From contig OX597820.1 in assembly GCA_951406725.2 (NCBI GenBank), positions 72,354,001 to 72,418,000 of the forward strand: 64,000 bases of DNA. Reading direction: 5' to 3'. Shown here piece after piece: positions 62,539 to 64,000 of the stretch. The translations under genes were made by a program, and so were the position numbers. Source of the stretch: Octopus vulgaris. Lineage: Eukaryota. The notes under the pieces were generated by a model that ran no database searches, was not told the origin of the DNA, and saw only the letters and a list, made by a program, of their open reading frames with translations. Position 1 is the stretch's first letter, and every line of letters starts with the position of its first letter.

Positions 62539-62924
62539 GTCTGTGGCTATGAGTTTATTGACTCCTGTCTTTAGCAAAATAGGTGCTAATTTGTACCCTC
62601 TTATATATAAATATATTTTATCTCTCTTTTACTTGTTTCAGTCATTTGGCTGCGGCTATGTTGGAGCACCACCTTTAATTGAGCAAACTGACCACAGGAC
62701 TTATTCTTTGTAAGCCTAGTACTTATTCTATCGGTCTCTTTTGCCAAACAGCTAAGTTACAGGGATGTAAACACACCAGCATAGGTTATCAACCGATGTT
62801 GGGGGGACAAACACAGACACACAAACACACACACACACACATATATACATATATATGATGGGCTTCTTTCAGTTTCTATCTACCAAATCCACTCACAAAG
62901 CTTTGGTTGGCCCGAGGCTATAGT

Positions 62925-63013
62925 AATATGTAATATGTGACAATTATTCGGTAGCCGTGATAAAACTCCAAGTTTTATCATAGCTACCGAATAATTATCA
63001 CATATTACATTTA
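62925..63013. repeat. Short fold-back palindrome
   Basis: atgtaatatgtgacaattattcggtagccgtgataaaact-cca-agttttatcatagctaccgaataattatcacatattacat. Confidence 0.8.
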
Positions 63014-63587
63014 CAGATATATATATATATATATATAAATCCATTCTGTCTGTCTCTGTGTGTGTCTTCTAGGATCTTGGGCATCCTCCATCCGATTACG
63101 CTCAAATTTGATATGTAGATACCGACGGTATCCAGGCGTGTATAAGTCTTGAAAAAATTACAAAAATCGATTCCAGGTGAGAATGTGATCAATAAAGCCG
63201 TGGGAACGTGCATTTGTACATGCAAATACATCAGCTGTTGCGATCATACATGAGAAAAATGCATGTGCAGTTTATGCAAAAAAAGCCAGCTGGCTTGAAA
63301 TAATGCCACAAAATGCAGTATATTTAAGAGACCAAAAAAGTACGATGCAAAAGAGATATTTTCTTCAAACTTGGCATGAAGGAAGGAAAGACTATTTGGT
63401 TTCTCAAGAAGTTTTTTTTTTTTTGCCTTAACTTCGTTTAACAAAACCAAAACTTTTATTGAAATAAAGGCATGCTTAATTATTTTTTAACGAAAAGAAA
63501 ACACTGATTGCTTTTTATTCAGCAGATATGATTCAGCACCATCCATTGGATGGTGGTGGGGGGCGTTTTGCTCATATATATATATAA

Positions 63588-63622
<35 letters not shown>

Positions 63623-64000
63623 CACACACATATATATACATATATAGGTATGTTGGAGCCTGGTACAGCTGCTGACTCTCCAGACCTCAGTCAAATCGTC
63701 CACCCCATGCCAGCATGGAAAACAGACGTTAAACGATAATGATGATATAAATACATTTATATACATATACATAGATATATACATCTATATACACATATAC
63801 TATACATATATATATATATATATACATACATAAACATACACAAATATATATCAACATCATCATTTAACGTCTGCTTTCCATGCTAGCATGGGTTGGATGA
63901 TTTGACTGAGGACTGGTGAACCAGATGGCTGCACCAGGCTCATACATATATTTGTATATGTATTTATATACATATATGCATATGTGTGTGGTATGTGTGT

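Noticed and set aside
63025-63250. Possible second Helitron/Helentron 5' region (ctgtctgtc, ccgatt..aaattt)
   Set aside because: No matching 3' hairpin-CTAG was found, so the evidence is too weak.

Overview
This is AT-rich eukaryotic (metazoan) DNA made almost entirely of repeats. The SINE and LINE families and the dense (TA)n/(AAT)n/(GAT)n microsatellites suggest an octopus or other cephalopod; that assignment is recognition from memory, not a search. I found no convincing host protein-coding gene, rRNA, true tRNA or CRISPR array, and most short ORFs are microsatellite or SINE artefacts. The content I can support is: a young 5'-truncated CR1-clade LINE with an intact APE+RT ORF2; degraded CR1 copies; several RTE LINE copies; R4/Dong-like LINE remnants sitting in (AAT)n; an ORF1-only Tx1/L1-like element lying between Helitron termini; mariner, maT, Tigger, piggyBac and Merlin-like DNA elements; and several tRNA-derived SINE families. 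About ten fold-back palindromes are also present, many centred on minimal hammerhead-ribozyme motifs typical of Penelope-like elements. The three most interesting signals are: (1) an HIV-like U_UUU_UUA -1 frameshift site that appears to be the entry into the ATG-less CR1 ORF2; (2) the multi-family hammerhead fold-back elements; (3) an ORF1-only retroelement that shares its 3' tail with a SINE. All coordinates were read by eye and may be off by a few bases.
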